Below are positions 1 to 25,767 of a stretch of DNA of 64,000 nt, one piece after another. Source of the DNA: Amoebidium appalachense (taxonomy: Eukaryota > Protista > Ichthyosporea); assembly GCA_963693365.1 (NCBI GenBank), contig CAVNZM010000002.1:16277615-16341614 (forward strand). Reading direction: 5' to 3'. Each line of letters begins with the position of its first letter. Position 1 is the stretch's first letter. The position numbers and the translations under genes are program-made. The notes below the pieces were generated by a model. That model worked only from the letters and a program-made list of their open reading frames with translations. It ran no database searches and was not told where the DNA came from.

Positions 1-300
1 TTCTGCCCGCCAAAAGCACACAACCCCCCCCCCCCCCCCCCCCCCCCCCCCAACACACACACACACTCCCCCACATGTATTGTAGGAATGGGAACACAAG
101 TAGATATACGTATGTTCACGATTTTGTTTTTGCGCGGGGTGGAATCTTGGGATACAATGTGATGGTTGTAGGCAAAAAGTGAATGTGTGTGTGTGTTTGG
201 GGGGGGGGGGGGGGGGGGGGGGGAGGGGAGGAGAGGAGGAGGAGAAGGGGGGGGGGGGGGGGGGGGGGAGGGGGGGGGGGTTAATGGGAGGAATTCATAC

Positions 301-367
301 ACAGTGGCAGATGCAGTAAGTGGGCTCGTTGGGATCCACAGGCATGTCCACCTCAATGTCCACCTTG

Positions 368-438
<71 letters not shown>

Positions 439-546
439 TTTCTTTGTACTTTGCGCACAAGTGCTCACTTTCTCGGGTATCTTGCTTGGCTGAAAGAGTC
501 CATGCTTAACTTGTGTATACCCACTATCCCGTGCGAAGCAAAAAAG

Positions 547-582
<36 letters not shown>

Positions 583-1569
583 TCCTCCCCCCCCCCCCCC
601 CCGCCGCCCCCTCCTCCCCTCCCCCCCCCCCCCCCCCCGGGAGCCCCCAAAGTGCCTGTGAATGCCTAGATAGGCCAGGCTTCACTCCGCATGCCTTGGC
701 CATCTTCATTTTGTGTCAGCACGCAATCATTTGGTGCTCAGGAATACCTATTGGGGTGGTATGAATCTAATTGTGTATGCAAGCAAGTGTGTGGCACGGG
801 GAGGTTTGCGATAGATGGATGAAAATGTACGGCGAAGAAATGCCCAATCAGGCATGAGATGTGACCATGGGTGTAAATTCTATGTTTATGCACACTTCAA
901 TGACGTGAACTTAGGAATTTAAGGGAACATACCACAGGCTGGCCTGGTGGCGGGGCTTTGGACTTCTTCTTTTGAGGCAGGTCGGCTGTCAAAGGTTTTC
1001 AACCCTCGTGTTAGCTGAGCCTGATACACGGCCCAAAATCTGGACTCTGGTGGTGCCTTTAATAAACCGACCACTAAAGCTTCCTCTGATATCGTCTTCC
1101 ACAGTTCTTACTCTTTGGCTCCGTGACAACGACACATGATATGAAGAGAGCTCGTTCACTCTCCCTTATCGCTGCCAATGGTCCTTATGCAATTGGGCGA
1201 ATAGTGATTGCGCCGGAGGGATGAAAAAAGCTATCAGTCTAAAAATTCAACATAGAGGGCATGGATTGGGATCGGCGACCACAGGGGAGAACTTGAAAAC
1301 ATCGACGGGCAAGCAAACTCGTTTGGGCAGCCAAAACAAAAAGGAGAAAAAAAAAACAAGAAAAAAAAACTGGGGAGTTCCGGGAATTGAACCCGGGACC
1401 TCTCGTACCCTAAACGAGAATCATACCACTAGACCAAACTCCCTTGATGATGCAAACACTTATGCAAGTATAACTACGTTCATCATTCTATCAGTCCTAC
1501 TCAATTAGTGCCTTTGGTCCTGTAAAGCACAGCCTATCCGTCAGGGAAAGGGGTAGAGGGGATTACGGA

Positions 1570-1623
<54 letters not shown>

Positions 1624-3899
1624 CCCCCCCCCCCCCCCCCCCCCCCCGTCACCGAAAACCATTTCCCTCCTTCCTTGTGCACCACTCACAGGTGTACCAT
1701 GTGCCACCCTGTGCACGCGTGCACGTGTGCCTGGAAAGGAGCAGGTAGGCCTCCCCTAATAATCAGAAGACTTTTTGTCTCCTTTACTTCCCCCCTACTT
1801 CCCCCCCCCCCCCCACCCCCACCCCACCCTACCTTCCCGGCCCCCGGCCAGCTTCTTCTCCTTTATCCTCCATCGATTTGCGCAGATTGTGCAGTAAACC
1901 CGAAGACAAAGACACCCACACTGGCAAAAGGGGGAAGAGAGAAGAAGTTTCATGAAAACAGGGGGGTGGGGGGTGGGGGGTGGTTACCATCATCTCCACT
2001 AAGTAGTTCGGCCTCTAATCGTTTCACATCTGAGTCTAGTTTGCGGATGTACTTGTCCACCTGCAAACAGCGTGTAAGCATGCCACAAACCACACACTAG
2101 GGAGAACGGTGGTACGATTGCCTGCTAAAGGAGTAGCCCCCCCCCCCCCCCCCCCCCCCCCCCCCCACACACACACCCCAACACCCCAATCATATGGTGA
2201 TTTTTCTTCCTTATCGATTGATTTGGAAGGGGAGCAAATAGGGAAAATCTCTTCTGCCTTGGTAGGAAAATGCCGTGCAAGTATATTTGGAGTTGACTGT
2301 GTGCCTTATGTGCCCTCCATGACATCCTGCTAATGCCCCTCAAGATCCAGAGAATGATGGAGAGGATGCGGGTCGGTTTTCTAAGTGCCCCCCCCCCCCC
2401 CCCCCCGGTTAAAAATGGTTTCTTTTTCTCTTTTTAAATATATATTTTCTTTTTTGGTGATGGGGGGAGGGGGAGGGGGGGGTTTGAATACAGAACACAG
2501 TACGAAGTACGCATACACGATGAGAAGCATGGTGCAGGACACATGCAAAGGCAAACATTCAAGTATGCAACATCAGCCGTGCGCACAGTATGCGTCATAA
2601 GCAGAGCCCATCCTCAGGGAGGGCCCAAGTCATCAATTGCGTCTGAGTTTCGACCCCTTAGCCCGCATATATACGACGCTCCAACTCAGACAGCAGCATC
2701 CACTGAACTTGGGTGGGTCAACCCGTCTTGATCAAAGACGAGCAGGGTTGCTTATGCAAGCAAGGTGAGCAAAACGGTGAAGATGTGTGTGCAAACTAAT
2801 GCAGTGCAGCGAAAAACGCGCATGTGCTTACAGATGCGCGACACAGAGCAACCATGCCCGGTTGCATGGAAGTAAAGATGTCTCCACACAGTGGTCTGTC
2901 CTGAAAGGACACCTCTGAAAGAAGACAGGGGGGGTTTGAATGCGGAACACAGTACGAAGTACGCATACACGATGAGAAGCATGGTGCAGGACACATGCAG
3001 AGGCAAACATTCAAGTATGCAACATCAGCCGTGCGCACAGTATGCGTCATAAGCAGAGCCCATCCTCAGGGAGGGCCCAAGGGGGGGGGGGGGGGGGGGG
3101 GGGCAGGCATACCAGATCATAGGTTTGTACTGCCAACTGCACTTTGTCTTCGGATATGGACAGGCAGCGGTCATATTCATCCTGAAAGAACATTGGGTGG
3201 TTGTGGTGGTGGGTGGGTGTTAATGGTTGTGGTAGTGGGTGGGTAGGAGAACTTGCAATAGTGATGGTGAGTGGGTAAGTGTGTGGTGGTGGCAGTGATG
3301 GAAGGGAGAGAGGCTGGGTGTGTGGTAGTGGAGGTGGTGGGTAAGCGTGTGGTAGTGGTGGTGGGTGGTGGGTGTTATCGGTGGTGAGTGGGTGTGTGGT
3401 GTGTGGTGTGTGGTAGTGGTGGTAGTGTGATAGAGCGTGGGTGAGTGGTGTGGGTGGTGTGTGGTAGTGGTGGTGGTGGGATGGTGGGTGGTGTGAGTGG
3501 TGTGGGTGGGTGGGTGGATGGTTAGTAGAGGTGGCGAGGGAGGAAGAGGGCGGAAGACAGTGTGGGGTGGGAGTGGTGGTAGGTGGGTGGGTGTAGTGGT
3601 GGTGGGGAGGGAGGGTAGGCGGTAGTGAGGTGCAGGGAGTGTGGGAGAGAGGAGGGTGTATGGGTGGGTGGTGGGAGTTGGTGGTAGGTGGGTGTGTGAT
3701 ATTGGTGGTGGGTGGGCCGATGACGAGCAGCCCACACTCCTTACCGACACCGAAAACAACAGAGGAAGGCTTAAGAGTAGGCGGAAGAGGAATGTGTGTG
3801 TGTGTGTGAGTGAGTGAGTGAGTGTGTGTGTGTGTGAGTGAGGGTGTGTGTGTGTGTGGGTGGTGGTGGTGGTGGTGGTGGTTGGGAGGGAAGGAGGGG

Positions 3900-3936
<37 letters not shown>

Positions 3937-4068
3937 GGGGGATGACTAGGAGGGCAAATCAAGGGGAGTAAACAAAGAGAAGAAGAACATAAACCAAGGG
4001 GGTTACGGGAGACCGAGGGCCCAGGGGGGGGGGGGGGGGGAAGGATAGAAGAGCGGGGTTGGGCGGGG

Positions 4069-4102
<34 letters not shown>

Positions 4103-5143
4103 GGGGGAGGGGGGGGGGGAGGGGAGAAAGGATACAAGAGCGGGGTCGGGTGGGGGGAGGGGGGAGGGGGGAGGGGGTTGCACTTCAAGTAGGACAGTGC
4201 AGGCCGAAGCACATCAGTCCTGGTGTAGTGACGCCTAGTCACTTTTATTTCCGGGGGGGGGGGGGGGGGGGGGGGGGGGGAGGGGGGGGGGGGAAGGGCG
4301 GAGGAGGAGGACGGGGAGAGGGGGGGGGGGGGGGGGGGGGGGACAGACACTGGGCATAACACACACCTGCATTTCCTTTATCCTGCCGCTTCTCTCCTGT
4401 GGCTCGAGCTCTTTCAATGCATGGTATATGGTCTCGTGGTCAAAGTCTACACTGTCCAATATCTCTGGTCGAGGGGCGGTAAACTTATCAGGTGCAGTAT
4501 GTGTGGAACAGTAACGAAGAGTAGAGTCATGTACAAGGATTTTCTCGACCTGATATTACTGATATAAAGGTGAAAAAGGGAGACAAAAGACAGAAACAGT
4601 CAGGTATATATTTCGTTCTAGCAACATCTCTGACCTGCATGATCATTTAAGCACACACATCTACTCTTAGCTCGACAACAAAACAAGCATACCTTGTGCA
4701 CGGGTGTCCAGATCTCTCATCAAGTTCATATTTCTTTGGAGATCTGCTGGTAACGTTTCCAAACCTGAAAAGGCACAGGCGGAATTAGGAAAGGTCATGT
4801 TCAGTCATGGTACCCGTTTCGACCATAATCAGAGCACCGCTATGCAGTCTATTCGGTTAGCTTAACAAATCCTGCTGGGAAAAAACAAAGTAAGTACCAT
4901 GCGCTTAAAAAGAAGGGTCCCCATATGTATAGTGCTATCGTGATATCATTACAGAGCGAGGTTTTGTGTAGAGTGTTCATGGGAGGAGGTGTGAGAGGGA
5001 GGGTGGGTGGGTGAGCGGTGGGTGGGGCGCAGGGGGGGGGGGGGGGGGGGGACGAGCTATGGTGAGAGGTGCACACAAAGACAAAAGACGCGTTTACACT
5101 TACTGTTGATGTAGTGCTCTAAGTACACGGATGAGACAGCCAT
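301..5143 (-). CDS. ING4: Inhibitor of growth protein, ING4/5-like (N-terminal coiled coil + PHD finger); 3' end runs off the window start
   Basis: GT-AG exons 5143-5104 (MAVSSVYLEHYIN), 4764-4693 (SLETLPADLQRNMNLMRDLDTRAQ), 4464-4367, 3181-3113 (DEYDRCLSISEDKVQLAVQTYDL), 2060-1988 (VDKYIRKLDSDVKRLEAEL), ~1730-1651 (uncertain), 985-933 (DLPQKKKSKAPP), 369-301 (DMPVDPNEPTYCICHC). Matches ING4/5 motifs YLEHY..LP..LQRN, DKVQLA.QTY..VDK.IR.LD and DMPVDPNEPTYC. ING4 vs ING5 cannot be resolved. Confidence 0.92.
1372..1443 (-). tRNA. tRNA-Pro (AGG), intronic in the ING gene, same strand
   Basis: Reverse complement GGGAGTTTGGTCTAGTGGTATGATTCTCGTTTAGGGTACGAGAGGTCCCGGGTTCAATTCCCGGAACTCCCC forms a cloverleaf with anticodon AGG and intact A and B boxes; T-tract terminator follows. 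Confidence 0.95.
2482..3080 (-). mobile_element. Structured poly(C)-tailed interspersed element, subfamily A; one 452-bp unit plus a partial tandem copy
   Basis: 2482-2629 is nearly identical to 2934-3080. Both read ...TACTTCGTAC...ATTCAAA-poly(C) on the minus strand. Shares blocks with 47938-48374 and 59149-59692 (GCATAAGCAACCCTGCT, TGATCAAGACGGG, TCTGAGTTGG, GTCGAAACTC, CCCTGAGGATGGGCTCTGCTTA). Flanked by poly-G on both sides. Confidence 0.85.
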
Positions 5144-5149
5144 CTTCGA

Positions 5150-5950
5150 AGTCTCTCACACGTTTTCCTCCCACCACCTGAAGTTGCAAAAAAAAAACAC
5201 CAGCTGCTAACTCTGGGCCCTTAACACACGTATTTGGTCGAGCAGAAATCAGCGAATGCAAATCTGAGAGCAAGACAGTATGCGTTCATGTATTCAATTA
5301 ATAGTCACACTGGCATGCACGAGTTAGAATTTGGCTTTGTAGGCAGCCGAAAAACCGTCGAGAGAACTACGGTAAGGACCCGGAAACACGATTATAGTCT
5401 GGAAAGCTTCTTGTAGGCGGGATGATGACAGAGAAATCTAATATTCTGCTAAGCAATACATAGATATTGCTGGAAATGTTGTTTTGAATAGAAGATGCCG
5501 AGTAAGGACGAGCAACAAAAAACTTGAGTTGGTTAGGACTCACAATTGCAAGCAGCCAGCTTTCTGTTGGTAAAAGCCCGCGCTTTTCTGTTGTATAGGC
5601 CTGTTAGATCAAAAATGCGTGATTATAAAAAATACAACAAGGTTCTGGTTAATTTAAAAAACTTAAATAAAAGTTTTATAACTTGTAAGCCAATCAGCGT
5701 TGTTTATTCTTAAAGTCATTTTGCCGCGGCATTTACATCGCTCTGCCCCTCTCCCCGCTTACCCCGCAGGCCCGCACGTTTGACGTCCTCATCATCCTCA
5801 ACATTCGAAGCCGTGCTCGTCGGTCCTACACGCCCTTCCTACGGCAACTCCACAACACCGTTAGCATCAACTCACGCATAGAAGACACATGCGCACTTAG
5901 AGTTCTTGCCCTGCTGTACATACGTGAAAACACCCGTTTTTTTACAGCTC
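5150..5950. promoter_or_regulatory. Putative bidirectional promoter between the ING (-) and PHF12-like (+) genes
   Basis: Microsatellite-free interval between divergent genes, with CCAAT (~5690) and TGACGTC (~5781) motifs. Positional inference only. Confidence 0.45.
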
Positions 5951-6964
5951 TTTTATGGCGGTTGGTGTTCTTCTAAGGTGCCCTCCAAACGCCACCAGAA
6001 GCAACCTTCTGATGTCTGAGGACCCCTCTTGAGGTGGGTGGTTATGAGATTATTATAATCTGTTTTTAAACGCCCTATTTTAAGGTTAGGTGTTTTCGAA
6101 ATTGGTCTTCGCGCATACACGTACCGTGAGGCCTTTTTTCGGGAGTTTGTGTGTGGTTTTTTGTACCACTATTCAATGGAGCCGTGCCGCTCTGTTGTGG
6201 GCTCTAAGCGCGAAAGAGGAGGCGAGAAAGGGTGGGAAAAGGTGGTGAAGTGAATTATTGGCTGGGTGAGGTTGCAAACAGATACACGGTTGTAAAGGAA
6301 AACGGTTGGGCGGACACTGAGAAAGAAGTTGAGCGAACGAGGGAAGGGCGGGGGGGGGAGGAGGGGAGGGGGGAGGGGGGGGGGGGGGGGGGAGGGGGAG
6401 GGGGAGGGGGAGGACGGGAAGGGCGGGGGGGGCAAGGGGGGTTGGGGGAGGGGGGAGGAGGGGGAGGTGTGAGGGTGAGGGAGGACGGGTAAGGGCGAGG
6501 GGGCATAGAGCTGGGTGGAGGCGAAGGGAGGGGTGAGGGGTGCTGAGTACTTAGAGGAAGGCGGGGAGCGGGGGGGGGAGAGAGAGAAGGGAATGTGTGG
6601 GAGGGTTAACTATGAGTGCCCTGGGGCTGGTGGACCTAAATTTTTTGCGGATTCCGGAAGGGAATTGGGAAAAGAATCAGCGATAAAGCATAACAATCAA
6701 GTGTTCTTATAAAGAACACGGTGTCTGCTCTTTGGCTGCTAACTTTAGAATGGGTTGCTTAGCGAACTACTTGTGTTTCCGATTTTTGTCTTCGAGCAGA
6801 CACAGGTCATGGTGTGAAGGTGGAGGAAAGAGGGTTATGAGAGCTAGCTTATCTATAATACTTTGTGATGATGCTGTTGTTCGTTGTTTAGTGGTCTCGT
6901 TCCCCTCTGTCTTGTTAGGTAACATGCTTATCCCCTGCAGCCGTTTCTGCTCAGCACCGTGCTA

Positions 6965-18757
<11,793 letters not shown>

Positions 18758-18907
18758 GTTTGGGGGATGTCCCTCATTGCTTGTGCTGAACTTAGTACCT
18801 ACGAGTGACTGACTGGCTGTGAATTATAGGGGCTGTGGGCATGTTTGTCACAGTTCTTTTGCGTCTCTGTGCCCCCGCCCAAGGGAAGGGGGCGGATCTG
18901 GAGGACT

Positions 18908-18948
<41 letters not shown>

Positions 18949-21457
18949 CGGCCCCGCTGTATGTAAATGAATGCATGATTGACCGTGTGTGTGTTTGTGT
19001 TTGTGTGTGTGTGGTATATACATAGCTGGGAATTCCTGGTCGTTTTATAATGCTAAGTTCATAATTGTGTATTTTTGCATGTTTGTTTATTGTGAAGGCT
19101 AATTTAGCTGTTTTACTGTTGACCGAAAGTACCACTAAAGTAGGGGTTGGTAAGGCTTGGTGGCACACGAAGTATTCTCGTGAATTAAGGCTTCAGTGCA
19201 CTACAGAATCACTCTTGGAAGTATGTATGTAGATTGCCTGGAACTGTCGCTGTAATAAACAGGTCCATCGTTACCCTGTCTGTTACAAGCAAGATGTGAC
19301 TACATTTGCCACTATCGAATAAAGATGTGAGCATGGCCGCATATCAGCAACATGACTATGTTGAAGATCTGTTGGTCATGCACAGCGCCAGTACTGACAC
19401 CTCGACCTTCATACCGGCTCTTTGACTGAAATGCTTCAGCGATGTTTGGCACCGTCCGAAGCGCTGTTTTCCTGGTCCAAGGGGTTTCTTTTGCTTTAGA
19501 TTTGATTCGGAAACAGGCTGATCCTGTAATGTACTCGGTTTCATGAAGAGCTGCTAAGCCAAGCGTTGTGGTATGTAGTTGGTTTCCATATCCATAACAA
19601 AAGGCGTGAGATTTTCGAAGTGCTCGTCTTGCTTATGATGTATTAGGCGAGTCGGGGATTGCTTCAATGATGAATCACCTGATGTGCTCCCCGTTTGTGC
19701 AGCACATAAGCTGTGACACAAGCTGTGCTGCGTCAATTATCACAACCATGCAAGCGGCGTACAACGCGTACGGAAGCTGCTTGGCCCCGGGGCTGGCCCA
19801 CTGGCACCTGAAAACGTGCACATTCCCAAAGTCTCCAAAGCAAAAGGCTCTGTTTGCGTGCATATGTAACAGTTAACGTTGGACGTTTACGTGACAGAGG
19901 TGGCTACTCTTGGCTACCCTAATATGCATATTAGCACCTATAGCAGGGTATTCGTATAGGCAGGGTAGAACTTTAGAAGATTTCTCAATAATATTTGTCC
20001 CCTTCGTTCACTCCCAATCGCCACATCAGCTGCGATCAGCAGCAGCCAAGGCCGGAACCCCGGAGCCGCAGGCTTGCCACCACAGCTCAACAGGCGCGCT
20101 TCTCTGCTCATTGCTGCCAGTGGCACTTTTTGTACTTGTGCATTTACGCATTTCTTTTCTCCTCGGCCTGAGAATGAAGAAGAATGTCAGGCCTGATGTG
20201 CGCGGGTAAGTGCTGGAGGTAAGGTGAAAGCATGCACGGCCATCTTGTGTTCTGGTTGGCCATGCGCAAAACAAGTCCTCCCGGGAAGCCTTCGCGCCTC
20301 TTGGCGTGACCGTTTTGATTTTTGAAAATTCGCGCGCTTTTTTTCCACCCAAAATTGTGGTATGGCAAATCACCAACGGACAACATTCCACAACTTTCGC
20401 GCCATTCCCAACCGACACGGTCCTTTCTTGTGCTGGTCGTTGGCTGTTGGAAAAACATGAGGGAAAAACGGCAAATGCCATGAGATGAACTATGCCTGTT
20501 AGCGATATCCACTTGTTGAGACCTGTTTATCTGAAGAGAAGTCCGGCCTGTCACGGCTTAAAGGTAGGATGGGCGATTTAGTGGTTTCGGAGGTGTCTGA
20601 GAGTGGCACGTGTGCAGGGGGGGTCAGTATGTGTGAATAGGCACCTTGTGAGTTGCATGAGTGAAATGCGCTGGAAATGGCGCTAATAGAGTTCTGCAGG
20701 CCGTTTAAAGACAGGAATGAAAGATGGATCCGGGAGAATGCGGCTGGGTGATGTGCCTGTGTTACTTCGCTTATTTCTTGGGCAGGGCTAAAGGAAAGGA
20801 GAGAAGGTTAGAGAGAAGGTTACTATTGACAGGAACGGATGAGAGCGAGTCAAAAAGGTTGGGTCATAGGCGTATTCTATATCTGTGCCAATTATGTTAG
20901 GCAAGAGAGGGCGGGTTAGGGCCAGGCTTTTACACCAGCAACTCGTTGTGCTGCTTCCCATTGATAAGTTTGCAGACCTACTGTGAGGGTCGAGAGCCTG
21001 AGAGCTCGAAAACCGCGGTTACGTTGTTTTATATAGCTGGGCTTGTGGAACGTAAGAGCGAGGGAGAAGGGTTGCGTGAAGACGAATCTGTTGTTATTGC
21101 ATTAGGACGCACCTGGGTTTTGCTGTTGCCAGCTTCCAAGCGGCAGTTGAACTAGATAGCACCTTCCCACTTTCGTGTCTCCGAGTCGAGCCCACGTTCA
21201 CGGGGCGGAAAATAGGCTCGTCTCGCCTTGATTTGCTGAGCGAACTCATAGATTCCTTTTGGGAAAGACGTTTAGAGGCTAGATGTTGTGAGCTGTACTA
21301 ACTACTCTTTTTTATTACCCATACTCCGATCCCACTCATCCACACATGTTAACGTGGCTTTCCTTATCACCCAGGCACCTCGAATTTCAGACCACCTGAA
21401 ACTTTGGTACATGAAGTGCGTCCGTACCACCGAGTGGCTGAGGAGTAGTGTGGGACT

Positions 21458-22991
21458 ATGGGCCGTCCGGCTATGACGGAGGCTACAAACACAGCCTCAC
21501 AGGTGGGTGTGTTTATATATTTATATATTTATTAAGTTGATGCTTGGGTATTTATTTTTATTTACAAGTATAGTGCTACCTGGTTATAGGTGTATGCATG
21601 ACTTTATAGCCCACATAAGGGAGTGGATTGTTTCCCACTAGCTGTGCTGATTTGAGTTATATCGGTATTTGTGCTTAAACATTCTTCTTTCCCCCCTCCC
21701 CCCCGAATATATTTTTTGTTTTCTGGGTATACACATCTTGACCTTGATTTGCCCACTCCTTTATGTGTGCTCTTTATCTTTGCTTCCATGTTTTCCATCC
21801 ACTTACGTATATGTCCCCACCACCACCACCACCACCACCTCCTCCTCCTCGATCACAGCCTGGCCTGACCACGTCATCCCCGATCATGAAAGGGGGACGG
21901 GGGAGAGGTCGTGGAGCGGCCAGCAGGAGTGGCGGAAACGCTTGCCTTCACCTTCGGTTGCCCACTGCCCTAGCCAGCCCCGCCAAGCAAAAAGAAGAAA
22001 CACACACAGCCAGCCAAGCAGACGTTGGTAGTGTTAGTCCTGGTGGGTCGATCGCTAGCTTGTTGGTACGTAACAAGGCGGCGGCAGCGGCTACCATTGA
22101 AGGAGAGAAGAGAGACAACTTTGCAATGTCAGTGTGCTTAGGAAATGAAGTGGAGTCAAACACTGTTTCCGAGACGGGAGCAGGTGATGATGTGCATGGC
22201 GCAGGCACTGAGCTGTTGTTGACAAATGGGGGGGAGGCATGTCCAGCGGAATTGGCAACACCCCAGGGGGAGGTTGTGGTTGCAGAGAAGGTGGAGGTTG
22301 CTGTAGTTGCAGGGCAGAGCACAAATGGTGAGGGGGTGAAGAGGCTACAGACACCGGCCAAGACCCCAGCCAAGGGTACAGGGTGGGTGGCCTGTGTGTG
22401 TGTTTCCCAAGATGTGTGCTTGTGTGCTCGTTGGCGGTGATGGTGGTGATGAGGGAGGAGGAAGGATGGGGCACGGTGTAGGGGAAATGGCAGGGGTGGG
22501 GGTTACGGGGATAGCTTACGGTATTTGTAGACATGTGTGCTACATTATAGTTTCAGCCCGCTTTTCCAACAAGTGTAGCACCTCTTCGAGTCTTTTGCAG
22601 GCCAATGCATGCACACACACACATACCTACACACACACACACACACCTACACACACACACACACACACATACACACATACACGCACACACACAGTGGTCT
22701 GCATGGTCCGGTTGTTTCTGTTAACTCCCATTCTTCATGGGCATGATTGAACATGTAGCCACTCAATCCACTCCCTCCCTTTTACCCCCCCCCCCCCCCC
22801 CCCCCCCCCCAAACAGTATCTGAGTTGGGTTTCGTTAATGAGGTGAATGGATCGAAACACGGGTACTGTGGGGGACGTGGACCCCCCCTGAGGATGGGCT
22901 CTGCTTGTTATGCATACTCTTTATGTATGGTGTGCACTCTGCATCGTGTTGTCCGTTGTTCTTGTGTACTTCGTACCTTATGACGCATTCA

Positions 22992-23034
<43 letters not shown>

Positions 23035-23121
23035 TGCACACTCTTTGTGTGCTTTGCAATGTGCATTGTGTTGTCCGTCATAAGTGTGTACGTCGTACCT
23101 TAAAATGCAATATAACCTCCC

Positions 23122-23153
<32 letters not shown>

Positions 23154-24559
23154 ACCCCCCCCCCCCACCACCACCACCACCACCACCACCACCACCACCA
23201 CCACCACCACCAACGGAACGCACACCTTCGACCTTCGTGCTCCGGCCGTACCAACAGAAATACACTGCAAGTACACATGCCTGCCTGGCGCATCCTCACT
23301 GACCCTTTTTTGTTCGGAAGGAAGGGCACACGTGGCCGAGGTGCTGGGAGGGGTCGGGGCAGAGGGAGGGGACAAAAACAGGAACCGGCCAAGAGTGTGT
23401 CAGCAGGGGGAGAGGGGGATGGACTGCGACAGACTACTATGGTCGAGCACTTTGATGTTAGAAAGAGCACACGTAGGCCTGCAACACTGGCAAAGGTGGG
23501 TGGGTGGGTGTGTGAGGTTGTGTGTGTGTGTAGGGTTGTGTGTACGTGTGTAGGGGTGTGTGTGTTGGAGGGGGTGGGGGGGAAGGAATGAGTGAGGGCG
23601 ATGTGTGTGCGCAATGTGGATAGATGTGCAAGTGAACGTGTGCTTTTGTGACGGCAGATGGGTATGTGGGCTCCTTCGAATATGTTTGGTTCTGGCTGCG
23701 GTGTCTCAATAGATGTCGATGGGTGCGTGTGGCCTTTGAGTGTGCCTGATTGTTGCTAGGGCTTGGTAGGAGCATGCGGATAAGTAATGTGGGTCATAAT
23801 GGGTGGAGGAAGAGGGGCATATATGGGCATTTGGCTGCATGACGGCAATATGACATCATATCTACGTCATATTTGTGTCAAAGTGTATGGTTGGCTTTGC
23901 TAAATATGTGGCAACTCCCTTTCTTTGGAGCTGCACAGTTGCCATGTAAGGGAACCTGGGCCAAATACAGGCGTCTACATAAACCTCTGCATCGGAGACT
24001 ACACGACTAGGCAGCAATATCCGAGCGTAGCGTTATGTCAGGAATTCATCCAACGGAGTGTGATATCCTTTGAATGTTTCTTTGCCACATATGGACTATC
24101 ACCGGTATCCTATACATGCCATCCAGGATGTTTGATCCTCTGGTCTGATGGTGTGTTTTTGCAGAAAGAGACACAGCAGGTCATTCAAGACAAGATCAGA
24201 AACAGGGTCGAGGATGGACTCGTGGTGGGTAACACACACACTCACATACACACACACACACAGGGGAGGGGGAGGGGAAGGGGGAGAAGGGAGAGGCTTG
24301 GGGGGGGGAGGGGGGGGGGGGGGGAGGGGGGGGGCATCTTTACAGACATGTACACCCACAACATACACCAAGATAAAGCCCACGCAAGCAATTAGGCAAA
24401 ATACTCATGCTAAGCAAGAGGGCACGTGCCGTGGTTGGAGTATGATTTCAGCTGTGATGATGTTTCTAGGTGAACCTATTGTTCGTCGCAAACCAATGTT
24501 TCTCTCTTCTGCCGTGGGTTTCGAGACGGGAGCTACGGAGAGGGGGATCCCGGGCGCAG

Positions 24560-24604
<45 letters not shown>

Positions 24605-25727
24605 GCCTTGTGTCACGTGTATAACACAGCCACATGCACACGCACACCACCATGAGCACATGCACCACATCCCACTCACACACCATCCCCTTCCTTATCA
24701 GGAAACTTTCGAGGAGGGTAAAGGGCGCGGCGTGCGTGCCACTGCCACTTTCCAGCGGGGGGACTTTGTGTGCGAGTACTATGGAGACCTGATAGATAGG
24801 AAGGAGGCTGCACTGAGGGAGCAGAAGTATGCGGCAGACCCCAGCTACGGCTGCTACATGTACTACATCACACACAACAACAAGAGCTGGTGGTAGGTGC
24901 TGTGTGAATATAGCCCCTTCCTCTTGTTGACAAGATGTTGTGGAGACCAACATACCACACGTCCGTCACTGCTTTTTTATGACTCCACATAGTAGGGCAC
25001 ATGAGAGAGACCTTCCCCTCCTGTTTCCTTACACAAGCACGCGTGCGCACACATGCACATCAAGAAAATTCGACACCATTCCTCTTACGGTAAACCCCAA
25101 CCATTTTTTCTGGTGCTATAACCTTTGCATTGATATTTGTCACCAATCAGCGCAAGGCAGATCCCGTCAACCCGATTGGTCGGCAAAATTCGACCTCGGG
25201 CAATTTGACCCGGGAATTTTGAGCGAAGCAAATTCCTATCAAGATTCAGCCAATTGGGCAATCGCAAAGGCCTGCTTTGCGCTGATTGGTGACAAAATTC
25301 AATGCAAATACTGTAGGTCTTCTTGTTTTTACAGCATACACACTGCGGACATCAGCTCAATGTATAGAGTTTGTGCGGCAAAAGATGCACATGTGCGTGC
25401 TGAGACACAACAGTCACCTAGAACTGTTCAATACCGTGGGACAATTGTAGAACGTGTGAGCGCGTGTGTGGATAATGGGTGTATCTCCCCCCCCACCACC
25501 ACCACCACCACCACCACCACCACCACCCCTTTCCTCGATCCGACCAGGCCCCGCTTTTGTTTTCGTCGTTCTTTTTTTTTTTTTTTTGGAGGGGGGGGGA
25601 GGGGGACCGGTTTCTCGTGACCCATATAGGCACGTACTTGCTTATCCCTCACACCCGCCGACATACACTAACAACCCCACACCACAAATACATCCGTAGG
25701 CATGCACCACGTCATCGTATGCAGCCC

Positions 25728-25767
<40 letters not shown>

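Noticed and set aside
3200-3720. GT-rich stretch with His/Thr/Pro-rich ORF 3220-3759
   Set aside because: Degenerate (GGT/GT) low-complexity sequence inside an ING intron.
19356-19736. Two in-frame minus-strand ORFs separated by one stop codon
   Set aside because: No recognisable domain or splice structure; cannot be distinguished from chance or a decayed remnant.
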